Shown one piece after another: positions 1-13,436 of a stretch of DNA of 64,000 bases. The notes beneath the pieces are model-generated. The model did no database searches and was not told where the DNA came from. It saw only the letters and a program-made list of their open reading frames with translations. This DNA is from Amoeboaphelidium protococcarum X5 (Eukaryota > Fungi > Aphelidiomycota), in NCBI GenBank assembly GCA_023515725.1, contig JALDTO010000176.1, positions 21,783 to 85,782 on the forward strand, given 5' to 3'. Numbering within the stretch: position 1 is the first letter of the stretch; each line of letters begins with the position of its first letter. The translations under genes and the position numbers were made by a program.

Positions 1-2285
1 TTGCTGATTAGGACGGAGCGTTAGATTTAGTATCTTCATTGTCTATTGGTGATGCGCGTCTAACTTTTGCTCCTTGTCCCCGACTTAGTAGTAGTAGTGG
101 TAGCGTTATTAATGAGAATTTTGTATCAAGTGTCAGTGGTTCGTTCACTTTTAGACAAGACACTTTTACCATCTAATCATATTCGCATTATTTGGCTTCA
201 AGGCGATCCTCTGACGTAATGCCAGATTTTGCACCAGATTATAATGGTTCTATTATATACAGCATGAAGGATTTTGGAGAGCCTTTGCATAAGTCCTCTC
301 ACGACGCGGCAGCTTCCTTTGGTTGTGGATCAGAGCACCTACACTTTAACAGGCACAATGCAGAGGATCATGTCAGATAAAAGTTGCGGCTACAGGTGTC
401 TGATGATGATTATGGAGTACATTTGCGAAAGAGGTAGAGTGCTGGATGCCCTACTAATTTGTAAGTGCTCTATCTAGGAGTTGCTGCTGATTGTAGTTAT
501 TTCAATAATTTTAATGGAGATTCCACGGCTGTTCTATAATAGATAGTGAGTGAATTTAATCAGGCATCTGCTTTGTATCAGTAATAAATGAATATTGCCC
601 TGGGTATCGTGGAGACGAGTATACAATCCTCGTGTGATACGTCCGGTGGTAAGTCTTGGAATAGGCAATGTAGTAGTAATTATCCTCTCTCTAGAAGATT
701 GAATGATTTCGCCTAGTGGCGCGGGTAGTAGAAGGATAACTACGGTCTCTGGCATCTCAAATCTGTATGTTCAAGTTGTGAAGCTGGCCGCAGTTGCACC
801 CTTGGAATCAGCTGGCTGAACATGGTGTGTGAACGGTAGGCTTTCAGCTAATAAGTGAATGGAGAGAATGAATTCGTATCTGGTGTATGTATATCCACTC
901 CATCGCCGAGTAGTTGGACCGTGGTGGCTCACGAGATTGGGCATAGTTTTGGTGCTAATCATGATTGTTCATCGACAGAGTGTTCAAGTGGTATACGGCA
1001 GGGATGCTGTCCATGCTAAGATTAGTGTGATTGTCAGGGTCGATATCTTATGCATCCGTCAGATAGTTCAAGTACTGATTCCTTCTCACCGTGCTCCGTC
1101 TCTACCATATGTTAGAAGTATCCCATCATTGCCACGTGTCTATAGAATCCCAACTCATAGAAGACTATAACTGAATAGCAGTGTGGTAATGGTATATTGG
1201 AATCTGGTGAAGAGTGTGATTGTGGTACACCTGAGGGAAATACGTGTAAGAACTCTTAATGCTGTGATGGTGCCACTTGTAAGCTCAAGAATGGAGCCAG
1301 ATGTGAGGATTCCAATGGCAAATGTTGTTAAAATTGTCAATTGAAATCACAAGGAACTCAGTGCTTTACTGCGCCTGATCAGTGTTCTAAGAATCAATTT
1401 TGTGATGGTCAATCTGGTGTTTGTCCTGTCGTGGAGAAGTTGCCTGATAGACAACAGTGTTCTATCAATGCCACAGGTGAAAGTGGGTACTGTGCATCTG
1501 GCAGCTGTACCTCACGAGGTTATTAATGCTCTCTCCGGGGCGAAACTGCTGGCATTACTGGCGAATGTCGTGGATTTAAGAATTAGTGTGCAATGTTCTG
1601 TTAGAATAATAGAGGATAATGTTTTTAAATTGCGGGCTTTTTCACCGATGGCACAGCATGTGGATATTCTGGTACGTGTAAAGCTGGATAATGTAATCAA
1701 TCAGGCTGGAGTTCCTTTGTCGGGTGGATGCAAGATAATTTGGCAATCACTATTGTACTGGCAAGTGTAGTTGGTCTGATTCTATTCTGTTTTATCTGGA
1801 GCTGTTTTGCTAGACGTAAAAATTAGGTATCTGCATCACAACGCTTCAACTCCAATGGCACTCAAAGTACTGGTGGTAATAACAACAACAGACCTCCGGG
1901 ATACAATCCAAATTATCCTGCTGGATCAATCTAGCGGAATCAGATCGCGCCTTCTGTACAGTAACCTTCGCAAGTCACTCCAGCTACCACTTAGTCTAAT
2001 TGGGTAGACCCTTATCTGTACAACGGTCCTGTAAATCCTGACAGTTTATACGCTGATCAATAGTAGCAGAGCGGTGATTTGATTGTCGATTTGCCTCCTC
2101 CTGTGCCGAGTAAACGCGTGTCATCGATGAATGTCGATAGTCAAGTAATAGCTATAGACCCGCTGGGGACCAAATATAATCAAAAACGTCAATCTGCAAA
2201 CTAGAAGACACCGTCAGCTGTGCCAACTTCTCCGTCGAAGTTTTTGGATTCTGCCCGGTCACGACGGTCAGGTAGAGTAGTTTGA
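1..2285 (+). CDS. ADAM-type zinc metalloprotease (reprolysin M12B + disintegrin + Cys-rich + TM), 5' truncated by the window edge
   Basis: Frame open from position 3 to TGA 2283-2285 when TAR=Gln. Zinc motif VVAHEIGHSFGANHD at 921-965, disintegrin-like CGNGILESGEECDCG, and a hydrophobic TM segment near 1740-1805. Confidence 0.92.
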
Positions 2286-2620
2286 TGAGTACATATGATT
2301 GCTCTCTAAGAGTCTTTACAATACATTTAGCTTCTCAACCAATTAGTTTCGTTTGAATTGAGTTAAATGAGTACAGAATACAAACTACTTCAATATTAGA
2401 AAAGGCTACTATCTTTGTGCCTTCTTTATCATCAGCATGCTCTCTCAGGATTCAACGATGTCTTCTGCGCATCCTCCCCCCATAAAGGCGGTGATATGCA
2501 CTTTTGTAGCATTACAATTTTCCTTCTTTGGGCACCCTTCTATTACTGAACACTTTTATGGCATCAATGTAATGAGCGTAGTCTTCTTTGACACACTGTT
2601 CAGATAACGCATAATTTGGC

Positions 2621-3247
2621 TCATCCATGCGCTTCGGGCACAATTAAATTCAAAACTTAATGACCAAAACCCGCTTTTTATGGTACGAGTAATACTTACT
2701 CGCTCCACTGTTGATCACCCACGTCTAAGAGTCTTTGGAGGCCCGATTTAATCTTCTGCTGACTTGAGCATGCAATATTTTTGGATCTTAATGCTGGGAT
2801 CGTGTATGATGGAAGTAGGAGTGGATGGAATATTTATTCATATAAATTAGCCTTGTTCTGTTGCTTCCGGCATAATCGGAATCCTCCTTGTGAAGGTGTT
2901 TGTCCATCATAACAATCTCCACTCAAGCCATTAAGTTCATGGGCTGCCGGTTACATTAGAGATGGTAAACGGTCTACAGTATGTTCAGTGTGCTTGAAAA
3001 ATAATGGCCTTCGTATGTGAGTCTCATGAGCAATGTCGGGCTTAGCTGCTCTAACTATCCAGCGTGTGATACAGCGTCCAACGTCTTCAATTGTTATTCT
3101 CAACAACTAAGGATCCAACCTAAACAGTCGCTGATATCTGACCGCTGTCAGTTCTTCCACCAACATCAGTAGACTCACCAACAGCTTAGATATAAACTAC
3201 GAATACTAATCAACGCCTGCCACAAACATGCAAGTTTCGATGAACAT
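2621..3247 (-). CDS. hypothetical protein (~208 aa)
   Basis: ATG at 3247 to TGA 2621-2623, 209 codons with no TGA. No recognisable motif; a possible GTAAGT donor near 2700 could change the 3' end. Confidence 0.4.
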
Positions 3248-3278
3248 TGCTACTCGTTGATAATCAGAAGAAGAAATA

Positions 3279-3938
3279 TCATTTATAGAGTTTGATCACA
3301 ATTACTCTCGTCTTCTCAGTTATCGAATCGACTTGTTTCCGACATGAATAGGACAATTCTTCTACAAACTTCTTTTAATTGCAGTATTGCTGAAGTTCAG
3401 ATTTACTACACCATAACAGGGCTGTTGGCCGGTCTTGATACTAAAGACAATCCAGTAGTAGATGTGTCATTGTTTCTAATTTCTCACCACATTCACAACC
3501 AGTTGATGATTTACCACCAATCCTGCTCGTGACTGCGTTGACAGGTCCTTTACTTGTCCTAGCCCAAGTCAGAAATTGCGACTACTGGTAATCAGAAGCT
3601 GATGATGCAGTGGTGGAATCAAGTAATCTGTGCAAATCACGTCTCAGTATCTCCCTATCAGTCTGGCTAAATTTAGTTTAGCTAATCGAACCATTCGGAT
3701 CAAATTTCAAATCGAGCAAAAGCTATTCCATCTCTAGACGCGGTAGCGTACTGAAGAACTAGTGAACGACGTAAAATTTCCGAGAGCGCTTCACACGGAA
3801 CGTGCCTTCAGAGACAGGGATTTTGTAAAACTTCAATAGTGCAAGCAGAGCACGTTTCAGATCAGTATTCTTTACGGCAGCCTCAGAACCACCAGCACGT
3901 GTTTCAGTATCTTTTGAAGACGATTGCATTCTTATCAT
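3279..3938 (-). CDS. ~219 aa protein carrying a non-LTR retrotransposon C-terminal CCHC zinc knuckle, no RT domain
   Basis: ATG 3938 to TGA 3279-3281. Contains FLTWARTSKGPVNAVTSRIGGKSSTGCECGEKLETMTHLLLDCLQY; the knuckle lies at 3447-3497. Confidence 0.6.
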
Positions 3939-4380
3939 TATTAGTTTGATAAAGAGCGATAATCAAGTTGTAAATGAGTAAGTGGTAATAGTGGCTGGAA
4001 AAGAAAGTGAGCTTTAAGATCTGAAACGAGCATCAGAAAGACGTTTAGACAGTAAAAGCGCGGATATACACATTCTGCTACAGTTTCAACTCAGAAAGCG
4101 TGGATTCACACTTTATACATTTTAGCGGTTATCTAACTGAGAACAGTTGAATCTGAATAACAATTTTTTCTGCATATTAATGAGTATAATATAAAGTACC
4201 ATAGCTAGTTGAAAAGTGATTTGCAGTGTGATTCTAAGAGTACAAACTGGTTTTAGGCCGCGTTCTCCACCTGTCCCGCGTGTGATAATCCTTGGAAAGA
4301 GTAAAGGAATCTGGTGCATAAGTGGTAGCAATATCTTCCGACAATTTTGCCTGATTTCTTTACTAAATGTATATTATTAT

Positions 4381-5544
4381 TCACAAATCAGATTCAAAGA
4401 GATCGTCTTCGTCAGCATTCTCACGTACCGCTGATATATCGCCCTCAATAAACTTGAAAATATCATTCAATTCATCATCTTCCGTGTCGATATGATCATC
4501 GCAAATTAACTAATCTTTCAGAGTTTAGTTTAATACATTCTAATTGAGAATATGACTTTATGGAGGAATGTCAGTAACATGACTTGGAATCTCAGTCTTC
4601 ACGCGATGCTCACTAGGAGGAGGCACTATCCAAGGAACGTCGACAGGTTTCTTATTCAAAGCATCTTCAAATCGCGGTTAAGACAATCTTCGTTTGATAA
4701 TTGATATCACAGACTGTGTATTTGTCTCTAGAGTTTATTGACCAGCGATCGCCTCACTATTGATATCTAGTTTAAATCCAAAGGGATCATCGCATTAATC
4801 GCCTGCTTAAATACCTGAGATGCGGCTATCAACAGCTGAACATTACGATTTCTTACTTTCAATCAATTTACCAAATGAAGAATTAGATTTCTACAGCAAC
4901 TAGACTTTAGATCGCTGAGACTCTTTAGGAGTAAGAGAGTTATCCATATCAAGCTTAGGCGAGATTTAATTCTCGGTACACTATACTCGATCAGCATTAC
5001 CTGAACGGGTTTCAACGACAGTTTACTCTTTCTGCTGCTTAAGTGCATCAACTGACACATTAGATACTTTGTTTAGAGTAGGCATACACTGTACAACTTA
5101 CTCTCCATCAGCAACATTAATGTGCAAATCACTTTGGTTTTGCAGTGTCGATACTTCATTCTTAACTTATTGTGCAATTATACTGTATTCTTATTTCTAA
5201 TATTCGATATGACAATCATCCGCTGGCGTTCTCTTCTTCAAATTTGCAGTTTTATACTATTGATTCAGTAGCATGGTACATGATAGTCTGCTATGCGGGC
5301 CAAGGGATCCAAACTAGTACAGATAATGCTTCAGCTTCTAGACGCGTGTCTTTGAGTATCTATCATCAGTGGTCATGATATATCGTTTAGAGCAATTGAG
5401 TACATACAATGCTACAATGAGTAAATCTGCAGGTTGAGGAAAAGAAGAATTAAGACGATCACCTAAACCAACCAAGGAGAGATTTGAAACAACTCGAACG
5501 GCAGTTTTAACATGAAACGAGAATTCGCTTTTTACCACTTTCAT
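4381..5544 (-). CDS. hypothetical protein (~387 aa) with acidic C-terminal tail
   Basis: Continuous frame with many TAA/TAG and no TGA until 4381-4383; ends DDELNDIFKFIEGDISAVRENADEDDLFESDL. Start codon uncertain. Confidence 0.7.
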
Positions 5545-5607
5545 CTCTCTCTCACTCGATCTCACACAGCGCGTGGAAAAAGCTTTGGAAATACATATTA
5601 CGCGTAA

Positions 5608-6159
5608 ATGCTCAAATATTCTGGTCATAGATTATCAAATCGCTTGAAAATATCGGGCACTGCTGTATTTAATCGCTATTATCCTCAGAAGTATATACAT
5701 ATCACACAGAATATAAATGATCAAACAGTCAATGATGAGAAAACAACGGATGCGAAAATGTTGTTTTCGTTCAAATGCAATCAGTGCCAGGTGAGAACTA
5801 CCAAATTTATATCAAAGCTTGCTTACACAAAAGGTGTTGTACTGGTCAAATGCTCCGGGGAAAGTGTGCTTCATGAGATGCTAAATAGTAGCAATCAACA
5901 GCAGATGTCAAGTAGTGGTGTTGATCCAGAAGTAATGAAGACGATTTAACAAGAACACGACAAGGAAAAGGCGTGCGGTGCTTTGCATCTCGTCGCGGAT
6001 AGACTCGGTTGGTTTCACGATCAACAAGATCCGCGGCGGAATGATGTGGAGAATATTCTGCGCTCTAGAGGACAGTCTGTGGCGCGTATAACTCAAGATT
6101 AAGACATGACTGAGTTTATAGATGCCTCCAGTGATGCTTCTCCTAAAAATGATAAATGA
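5608..6159 (+). CDS. ZIM17: mitochondrial DNL-type zinc finger chaperone (Zim17/Tim15/Hep1)
   Basis: FKCNQCQVRTTKFISKLAYTKGVVLVKC...CGALHLVADRLGWF, read through the TAA at 5947; basic presequence-like N-terminus; TGA 6157-6159. Confidence 0.88.
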
Positions 6160-6331
6160 TGTCAATAATTTATGCGCGTTTTTGTTCATTTCTCATTTTA
6201 CATTGTAGAGTTTCTTTTACGTTTCACCAAAGATTGGTTCTTATTCTTTCAGAACTACTTTCCTTCCTTTGCTGTTAAATTTTGAGATTTAATTTAGTTT
6301 GATCTCTCAACTATATTAGTGGCACTTTATA

Positions 6332-9300
6332 ATGTGGTTTAGTAGATTTAGCTAGAGTTTGAATTTAAATACACCTTCAGCTGCCGGTGAGAGTTAGAAT
6401 AATAATAATAGTACCACTAATAGTTAGGCCAATGATGACTAATCAACTTCATAACACAATACTGCTGCTGATCAGAAACGATTATCAACTACAAGAGCAT
6501 TGATTGCCAGGATTACGGATTCTCTCTGTCTAACGCCCTATCCATGGTAGAGAGTGACCAAGAAAGACTCTAATAGAGTTTACATTAAGGATTTGCTTTA
6601 TGCTCTTAAAGATATGCTTGGTAATACTCGGAATCCCATAATCATCCTCCTCAATTTGTCTCATAAGGAGTACAGTTTTAATATGCCTGCGAATTCAGTA
6701 TACTAGTAGCAATAAGATTAAAGTTCTTCTAAATAACTGAATCTTACGTCTCTGATTGTTGAAAAGGATTTACCGTTGTACTTTGTCTACCACATGCCAT
6801 TCAAGTACGATTTAGATGGTATTTTGCATTTGATCAACCTGATCAATGCTCTTAATCAAATGCTTTCGGGACATAAATTGGGTATGGTGGCTATAAATTG
6901 TTTGAATGGAGACCGGTCTTTTCTAGTTGCTAATCTACTGAAAGCTTATAACTATGGCAAATGGTAGAGTGTGTTCAGTTGTGTCAAGACTCCTCAAGAT
7001 TATCTATATACTTTGTACTTATAGAGTCTGTTGGTTAATCGGCATTTGATATCAAATTTACGCTCAGAGGCTTATTTACTAGGTGTTCATACTGCCGTAT
7101 ATATGGGCAGTGGTTCCTCATCAAGTGCTGGCTAGAATATAGATAATGTTCACGTTGAGGTGCGGTTGAAAGATGAGACTGTATGGTCCTCTTTGGTTGT
7201 GCTGCAAATTGCTAATGGTGGATTTTATGAACACGATGAGGATCAGCAGCAGTTGTATGAATAGATGCATAGATTGACATCAGCCGCTAAGCTTAATGAT
7301 GATATTGAAATAAGGCTTGTTGCATTTTTGAGAAGATAATCACAGATTGGATCTGGTTTATAAAGCACTCCTTCAAAGTAATCGTCGCTGTAGTTTGAAG
7401 GCAATGGAGGCCATTCGACTTAAATTTAATTTTAGCTGAAGTAGACTGCAAGTGAGTCTGAGTTTTATTCAAAAGTTATTTTGGCTCAGGGTACAATCAA
7501 CTTATTATTTCTACCTCAATCTGGTGTGATATCTCTGTAATCTGGCCTCACTAATTATCTTGAACATCTCAACACATCGTCTGGCGTACTTGAGCTAAGT
7601 TCATTTGCTTAGAGATGCGGCTTTCTGGGAGTGAGGTTGTAGTTAATTCTAAATGATTCTCCGATATTATCTTAGAATATTAATCGGTCATTATCAAATG
7701 ACAGTCCTTTAGTTCTTCATAAAGTTATTGTGAATAGCGTGCCTAAATTAGTGCAATGCGATCGTAAAGTTAAACCACTGCTTGAGATATATGGACAAAG
7801 AATCAAGTTTTCGAATGATGGAGATGGTCAAATTTAAATATCGAATGAGAAATAGCTGCTTTATAGTAGTCAAATCCATCAAGCGAATTTGAAGAAGCGT
7901 AAATTGTCTAATGATCGTAATAGTAGAGGCTCTCAGTCACTTAGACCAGAGTCGCGATTGACTGGATCTTATTCTGTGAATAGTATTCTGACAGACTTGT
8001 CTTCAAAGGAAGCTATTACAGACTCTGACGGGTAGTAGTTATAGTCATCATCAAGAAGGAGTTCCCTTGAGAAGCCTTAGTCTGAGTCTCAGCTTAATGA
8101 GTATCAATCTGAGTCTTAGTTCACTTTAAATGACTATTTAGAGGATGAGGATCCTGTGTATGTTGACTCTGATTTCGTCTTCTTTCGTCTGAACAGTCTT
8201 GGTTCTCGTTTATAGCATGGATCTAATGAGTCGTCTCTGGATGCAATAAATAGTGGTGCAGGTGGTGGATTTGTTATTGATGGCTCTTATTCGAAGCTGG
8301 AACTTGTTGTTAATCATTTTGATGATGCCACCAGTTCTCTTGTTCCTCTTTGCACTTATACCATGCTTCCTTTCATGATCAGTGATAATGGTGCTGGTAT
8401 GTTTAGAGTTTCCAATTGTAAAGCCTTTTAAAGTCCCATAAGCCGAAGAGCTAGTTAATTGGCTGCCAATATTGGCCAGTTCGTGCAGAAAGCCCTGTCC
8501 CCTCAGTCTGATCATGATAGTGTGCGGTTGTAAAGCCCCGATGTGGCCGTGGATGATGATTTTAGTATTGATTCTAGTGTTGGTAAATTGTTGTTCACCT
8601 CAGCTTTGGATCCATCTAATACTTAGTCGCCGATATAATTTGCGGATAATTTCTGTCTTGATTTGGTATTTATTGAAAATTTGCGATTGTTCTTGGATGA
8701 AGAATAGGAAGAGTAGTAAGAGGTGGCGGTGACAGACACTCTGTCGTAGTAAACGCTTGCAGCAGGTAAATAGGCGCTGAGTGCTACGCGTGGAGTGACT
8801 AATGTTATTGAGTAGTGCTCTGTGTAGGCTGATTCAGAGCTGTGTTTTATATTCTGTCGCTAGCCTGTTTCATAGGATCTTTAGCTGGATTTGGCTCAAG
8901 TCAAGAAATTTCTTAGAGCTCCCGCCAACTCTGATCTCCCTTTATTTGTAGATCTTTAAATGTCTTGCGATTTGAAAAAGACGCAGGAGGATGTGTAAAA
9001 GTGTTTTGAGAATGGGGTTAATTTGCCGCAGAAGCAGATTTTTGAGGATCAATCTCTCAAGTAGTGGTTTGTTAATGGTTTTTATAGCGTACTAGGGGAT
9101 CATTCATCGTAGGAATAGTAGTAACAGCAAGAGATTAATAATAAACATCATTAATGGTGGCATCCGCTCATTGTCAAGCTTGCATTATGTATGCAGAGAA
9201 ATTAGATACACGATGCGCACTCCTTTCTAGCTGTGGACCTCCCAAAGAAGTTGTATATGCAGCTCGTGTTAGAATGTGTAATCTATTACTATGAGAGTTA

Positions 9301-11725
9301 TCGGTTTGATTAGACTAATTTTTAGTTAGTATATGATGAGCTGATTGTGACAAGTCCCTTAGAGGCTTAGTTACCCGTGTCTAATGAGTCTGTAATTGAT
9401 GGTTTACTACCCTCTTACTAAACCCGTCGTTAGTAGGAGATGGGCGATGGTGATCGATACGACAATATACAGGAGAATTAGTAGGATGCTTCCTTGTATT
9501 AAAAAGATGGGTAATTGCAGCAAAAGGAAGCCAATGATAAATAGTAATCTCCTGTGAGAGAAGCATTACCATCTGCGTCTTCCTCATCATTGCCTCCACC
9601 ACCACCAATGCCTTAACTAACTCAAGGGGGCAATTTTGTCGTTGACCAGATTGAATAAGCCACATCAAATTCTGTGTAACCTCCCGGTGGTGTTCCTCCA
9701 CCTCCCCCTATGCCTGTGCACTCCGCGGGTGGTGTTCCTTTGCCTCCTCCTCCGCCTATGGCTGGTGGGATCGCGCCTGGTGGAGCAGGTCCTGATTTAA
9801 ATAGAAAGCATGTAAGAGTAACACTTCATTGGGATGCCTTGAAGTAATAGGATTTGCAAGCGTTGTCAAATATTGGACGAAAAAAGACTATATGGATGGA
9901 GGATTCTGATGAAGATGTTGATGATAATTATGCCGACGTTGATGCTGACAGTTAATAATTGGGAGAGAAAGATGACGGAGGAGATACGAATATTGGCTCT
10001 AAGGACAACTTAGCGGTAGAGTCTAATTCAATATCATAGTCCAAGCATAAGAATAAAAGAGTCAGTATGTGGATGAATGTAAGAGATTCTATAAATGTTG
10101 ACAAGTTTGAAGAGTTATTTTGTGAAGATCCTGAAGAGTTGCAGAGAAAGAAGAAGCTTTTGGCAGAGTAAAAGCTGGATGGCCAAAAGAATAACGGTAA
10201 ACAGTCAATTGAAAGGATATCTGTACTTGACTCCAATAAAGCCAAAAACATCAGTATAGTCCTTAGCAAATTTGAGAGGAAGTGCAAGTCTTTGGTGGAA
10301 ACTAGTGTCAACACCGCTGTGTCTGAATTAGCCCTGGATGTTAAATGGACGGAGGTATCGCAGTCTTCATTGTAGAGTATGGTGTTTCTTAAACTACTTC
10401 ATGTGATTATCCTCAATATGAAAGTGGAATGGTGTGCTAACACAAGCGAAGTATAATTAGAACTGGAAGATCATCTGGTTTTGTAGAAGATTCTCCCTGA
10501 TTAGGAACTTTTACAAGAGATTTAGAATTGGATGCGAACGAAAGCGAAAGCATTCTTGGACGATGAGAGCGGTGAATTTGCTCTGGATGAGTATTTACTG
10601 CGGCGGCTTGCATTTTCCGATTTGTTTGTAATTGAATTTTATTAAAGAAATCCCGTGGTCAATCTCATGGTCAGCACATCCATCATCCGGTTAAAGTATC
10701 TCGCTTCTCATAGTTAAGAGTCTAAGGATTAATAGCCAAATTAGAGTAATTCTGGAGGGAACGAAATTGATGTCATTCTCTAAAAGCTGGATGTAGTTGA
10801 GAAAGTATTGCTAGAGTTGTAGACCAACTCTGGATTGAAGGTAATCCTGAGAGCAGTTCTCAGTCTTGGGAATATGACCAACTATGAGTATGGTAAGAAG
10901 TCTTAATTTGGTAGACGTGGTGATCGAGCGGTTGGCTTCAAAATCGAGTCTCTACCTAAACTCCGCGATGTTAAAGCCCGCGATGGTAAATCCACTCTGA
11001 TGAATTATCTGGTTGAAGTTTTATGGGGAGTTCCGGATTTGATCTAATTGCCAGATCATTTCGAGAATATTGGTCTATTAGTTGCCAAAGATTACAAAAC
11101 GACAGATATTCTTAGCTCTATCTCCGAAGTGTAGTAAGATTATGAGTAATTGGTGTAGCTGTCACAGTAGGACTTTGCTATGGACACCAGAATGCAAAAG
11201 TTGATTGAGAAAGATGGTGCTATTAGAAACTCATAGTAATCTTAGTAATTGAGTTATATCTCATTGCTTCTTGGCAAGTTCGCTGTCGATACCGCTGATG
11301 TAGAATCTTTGAAGTAGCAGTATGCTGAGCCGGTAATCACAGAGATGCAATCCCGACTGTAGACACTTTATGGTCGGTGGGCTCAGTGTTGGTAGGCGTG
11401 TATCGACACTGCTCTGTATTTCGGAGAGAACCCGGAAGATTATGATATTATCACCGCTCAGGAGTAACAAGAAGCGACTCTTAGCACTGCCAGTTATAAA
11501 TCTGTAGCTGATCTGCCAGGCTCAAAAGCAAAAAGAAGATGGGAAGATTTATTTGATGTATTCCATACATTCTTTGTGTATTATAAAGAAGCAGTGTCTC
11601 AGGTGAAGCGACATAAAGATAAGGAGCGGCGCGCCAAGGAGAGAAAGTAAAAGCAGCAGGCGGAATAGTTCAAGAAAGATGGCACTTCTAAAGAGGCCAC
11701 CTCGTCTTAGAGTAAAAATTCATGA
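6332..11725 (+). CDS. formin (~1797 aa): N-terminal PTEN-like/C2 region, poly-Pro FH1, FH2
   Basis: FH1 LPPPPPMP repeats at ~9590-9770. FH2 hallmarks KLHWDAL and ILRAVLSLGNMTNY...AVGFKIESLPKLRDVK..STLMNYLV. Degenerate phosphatase loop INCLNGDR at ~6890-6916 and C2-like LVLHKVIVNSVP...PLLEIY at ~7710. Frame checked at both ends and at motifs, not codon by codon. Confidence 0.88.
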
Positions 11726-11793
11726 TCACCTGATATAAATACATTAATAAAAATAGACTAAATGAATTCATCCTTTTTAATATGCCATTCTTT

Positions 11794-13436
11794 TCACTTT
11801 ATCGATTAAGAGTTAGATATGGACTTGCTGGTAAAGTATTTAGTTCGCTCCTTGTACTCGGCCAGATCAAATTTAGGTACCAGATCAATATCAGACCTTG
11901 GGTAAAGCCATTCCAAAAAGAGAAGGAAAATGTAGTTCAAGGCCACAATACAGCAAAACAACTTACCTGCCCACATTCCACACCCATAGAATCTCCGTAA
12001 CCGCTCAATCAATGGAACATCAGGCATCTCAAGTATGGATGAATAGACTCGTTCTGTGCGCTCAGCCACGTCCATCCAAGAGTACATTTTCTAAATCTCC
12101 CGATGAAAGTGCCAACGATCGATTCCCTCTGTGCGCACCAAATCTACGGCTGTCATCAGTACATCAACCATCTCAGTGTCATCATTGCCAAACATAATCA
12201 TTGATCTGGGCAGAACTTCTACAATACCGCCCACTCGCGTAGACACCACAAGAAGGCCACAACTTGCAGCTTCAATTATTCCAATGCAAAAAGCCTCAGT
12301 CAGTGAAGTGTTGAGGAATATTTAACCTCTGACCAACACATCGCGTACCATGGTATGTTTGATTGCTCCCAGCAGTTCAACTCTGTCCTACAGCTAATAC
12401 TTTTCCCTCATCTACTCCAAATTGATTCTTTTAGGTCCATCTCCGGCAATGATGAATCGGATCCTGAAATCCAATTCACACACCATAGGAATAACAGCAC
12501 ACAATAAATCAATACCTTTACGATAAGTGAGGCGACTGACAATCACAATAGTGATATGATCTTCTTACGTGGCTCCATCTTTATCTCCGGCTTTCTCTTG
12601 ATCGAAATCACCATAATCTCCACCATTTTTAATATTCAAATCAGCTTTAATATCATCTGGCGCTGTTCTGTCTAAATTATTATCAGATCGACCTAATTTC
12701 TAATAAAGCGAGCGAATAACACCATGTTCCCTAATATCTTACAATTCACTAGCAGTTGGAGGTGTAAACTGAGAGGACACAACAGCATTTGGTATAACAG
12801 AGACTATATGCGGATTCAAAGCAGCTCTAAGCACAGTGTTCTCTTTACTTGTATGCGACACACATATGACATGATCAATATCAGACAGAGAGAACTTGAG
12901 TAGTTTATTAGTCAATATAGAAGATGTATCACTAAAGCCAAACAGAGAGTGATCAGTAAAAACAGCCTTAAGACTCATGGTGCGTGCGTGTAGAATAGCC
13001 TCGTGTGCAATGGTACTAAATGCCTAATGAGCATGCACAATCTGGATCTATTCGCGTATAAAAATCTACCGCATCAGAGGAAATAGTCCATACACCGTAG
13101 GTAGAGTGGCCTACTAGTAAATGACTATATGCGGCAAGTAGTACACCTTGAGACCATTCGTCAAGTAACGAACACCCACTCGATCTTCATCATACTAATG
13201 CGTGATTATGACAACTTTGTGTCCGCGGGCAATCAATGCTTGACTAACACAGTACAAGTGACTCTCCACACCACCATAATTGGGAAAGAAGAAGTCGCTC
13301 ACCATACTACACTATTATTATTATTGTTTTAATGTTACTTTAATATACTATCATCATATGACAATATATATAGATGAGATTACCATATGTTGTAAGAAGG
13401 TGAACTGTAAAATCCACTGATGGGTGCACTAAACAT
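11794..13436 (-). CDS. PIGA: GPI-GlcNAc transferase catalytic subunit PIG-A/Gpi3; intron 13307-13383
   Basis: Splicing restores [20 protein letters not shown]. Further motifs [10 protein letters not shown] and [22 protein letters not shown]; TGA 11794-11796. Confidence 0.95.

Noticed and set aside
2452-2628. Short minus-strand ORF MDEPNYALSEQC...
   Set aside because: Only ~58 codons with no motif; it may be a downstream exon of the 2621-3247 ORF but cannot be supported.
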